A program made the position numbers and the translations under genes. From Mobula hypostoma (lineage: Eukaryota): a DNA stretch of 64,000 nt. Below, in pieces: positions 61,911 to 64,000 of the stretch. Position 1 is the stretch's first letter. Each line of letters starts with the position of its first letter. Under the pieces are notes generated by a model. The model did not search any database, was not told where the DNA came from, and saw only the letters and a list, made by a program, of their open reading frames with translations. The stretch covers positions 36,520,001 through 36,584,000 of the forward strand of contig NC_086108.1 in assembly GCF_963921235.1 (NCBI RefSeq). Reading direction: 5' to 3'.

Positions 61911-62914
61911 CCTGATGAAATTTCCAGAGGGCAAAACGTGTGACAAACGCGGTGTTTCTTTGCTTTTGTTCTCATATGTGGGGGATGATAACATTGAATG
62001 ATAACAGTGCTCGGGTCAGAGAAGGCAAATATTCACCAAATGTGTTACTTTATCCTTTATCATTACTGTAGCAGTGTTCTTTCCATGTAAGTAATTGGTT
62101 GTATTTGCAATGATCTTAAACAAAACTTCCTTTCCCTCTTGGGTATATATTTTTGAGACTCCCCTTTGTGCAGTATGGCTGCAAGGTGCCAGGAGTAATG
62201 ATGATTTATGTTGTTTTGTAGCTGATACATGTTATTGAGGTCAAATTATACTTTGTCATATCCTCAGTCGTGTTCTGTTATGCTGCTGATGTGAAGCGTT
62301 CAGTCAAAAGCAGTAGTTAAAATCAAAGCTGTTTAGGCCAACTTCAATTTTATAAACCTTCACTTATATTTAAACTGGGCCATGAAGAACAATCATTTAT
62401 CATAGGCATTCACTTTGGCAAATACTTAAGTCAATGAAATAGCGCAGAGGCCCCTGGCAGTTCATAAAATTGAAGGGAAATGTAATTTTCGCTGTAAATG
62501 ATTGGGGATGGGCATGGTGATGGTGAAGGTACAAAAAAGTCATCAAGCTCTTGGGTTGTTAACTTGAGGAAGAGAACCTCATCCTGCCCTAATTGCTTCT
62601 GGTTTAATCACTGCAGTTCTGACTCCTTCAAATAATGGAAAGGTAGGATATTTTTATAATCTGTAAATATGTTTGCCCAAAGCTTGAGAAAACCCATCTG
62701 GAGTTGGAATCATATAGTATGGAAATAGGTCCTTCAGTCCATTGAGTTTGTGCTGATCGTCAGCCACCCATTTACACTAATCCTATATTAAACCCATTTT
62801 TTTATTTTCCCCATATTCTCATCAACAATTTCTATCATTTACCTATTACTTGGGAAATTTTACAGTCACCATTTAACCTACCAACCTGCACTTCTTTGGG
62901 ATGTTGGGGAAACT

Positions 62915-63531
62915 GGATTTAATTTCAAGAGGAATAGAATATAAAAGCAAGGAGATAATGCTGAGCCTTTATAGGACACTAGTTTTGGGCCCCATATCTC
63001 AGGAAGGATGTGTTGTCATTAGAGAGAGTCCAGAGGAGGTTCATAAGGATGATTCTGGGAATGAAGGGGTTAACATATGAGACGTGCTTGGCAGCTTTGG
63101 GCCTGTACTCACTGGAATTTGGAAGAATGCTGGGGATCTCATTGAAACCTACCGAATGTCGAAATGACTGGATAGGGTGGATGTGGAGAGAATGTTTCCT
63201 ATGATGGGGGTATCCAGAACTAGAGGGCACAACCTCAAAATTGAGGGCGACCCTTTAGAACAGAGGTAAGGAGGATTTTTTTTTTTTAGCCTGAGAGTAG
63301 TGAATCTGTGGAATGCTCTGCCACAGACTGTGCTGGAGGCCAACTCTGTGGGTATACTTAAGGTGGAAGCTGATCGTTTCTGTCAAGGCATCAGTCAAGG
63401 CATCAAAGGATATGGCGAGAAGGCAGGTGTATGGGGTTGAGTGGGATCTGGGATCAGCCATGATGGAATGGCGGAGCAGACTTGGTGGGCTGAATGGCCG
63501 ATTCTGCTCCAATGTCTTATGGTCTTATGGT
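62915..63531 (+). mobile_element. CR1 LINE 3' fragment
   Basis: FWAPYLRKDVLSLERVQRRFIRMI..RTRGHNLKI..RVVNLWNALP; tcttatggtcttatgg tail. Confidence 0.92.
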
Positions 63532-64000
63532 TGAAAGCAATTTGCCACAGGCAGGGTGTGCAAAGTCGACACCGACAGCGCTGGAGGTCAGGACTGAACC
63601 CAGGTTTCTGGCGCAGTGAGGCAGCAGCTACACTGGCAACCTGAACTACCAAGAGGAAGTTGAAGCTCATGGTATTTGTACTCCTGAGTGCTACTTGCAG
63701 GCCAGGAGAGGCCCTGTCCCTCAGGCAGAACTTCTGCAGTTCTGGCCAACCTCCCTGCCTCCCCACTTCCGAGAGTCCTTACGAATCCTAATCCCTACAC
63801 CTTACTGATTGCCAATCCAAAATATCGCACTAATATGTATTGTTTGTCAGAGGCTTTCCAGCTGACCAGCCAGCCAGCCATCCCAGCAATCTGATAGCCT
63901 ACTGCACTGAAAAGAGGCTAAACAATCATAAAGGTTTTAACTTCTGGAATCTCACCCCAACCCCCACAACAGCCATGCTCCCTTACGTCCTGCTCCCTTG

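Noticed and set aside
61200..61975. Possible host exons (ORFs 61219-61521 and 61607-61975)
   Set aside because: No recognisable protein on the minus strand; the + strand resembles a decayed RTE LINE.

Overview
Eukaryotic, almost certainly vertebrate DNA. The repeat families (CR1, Rex1/Babar-type and RTE LINEs, V-/Deu-/CORE-type SINEs, Penelope-like elements) point to a cartilaginous fish, which is an inference. I see no host protein-coding exon; most of the window is nested, decayed retroelements. Main structures: (1) 7.85-23.6 kb, one old CR1 3' end split by a young CR1, a 537-bp TG..CA inverted-repeat element with a 5-bp TSD, and a two-LTR Gypsy provirus (PNMA-like Gag, tRNA-Pro PBS, GTAG TSD) that itself carries a Penelope fragment and a full-length CR1. 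(2) 26.6-30.9 kb, a Rex1/Babar-type LINE interrupted by a CR1, an 878-bp solo LTR and a Penelope fragment. (3) 38.5-52.4 kb, a heavily decayed endogenous retrovirus with a gag-UGA-CUAG-pro in-frame readthrough junction, RT, tether, RNase H, integrase and an env with an unusually long post-furin subunit (loki-/spuma-like layout). Inside it is a 2.3-kb tandem array, apparently made by unequal crossover between two Penelope insertions, which places four minimal hammerhead ribozymes in a head-to-tail series. Family labels come from motif recognition, not database searches; many boundaries are approximate.
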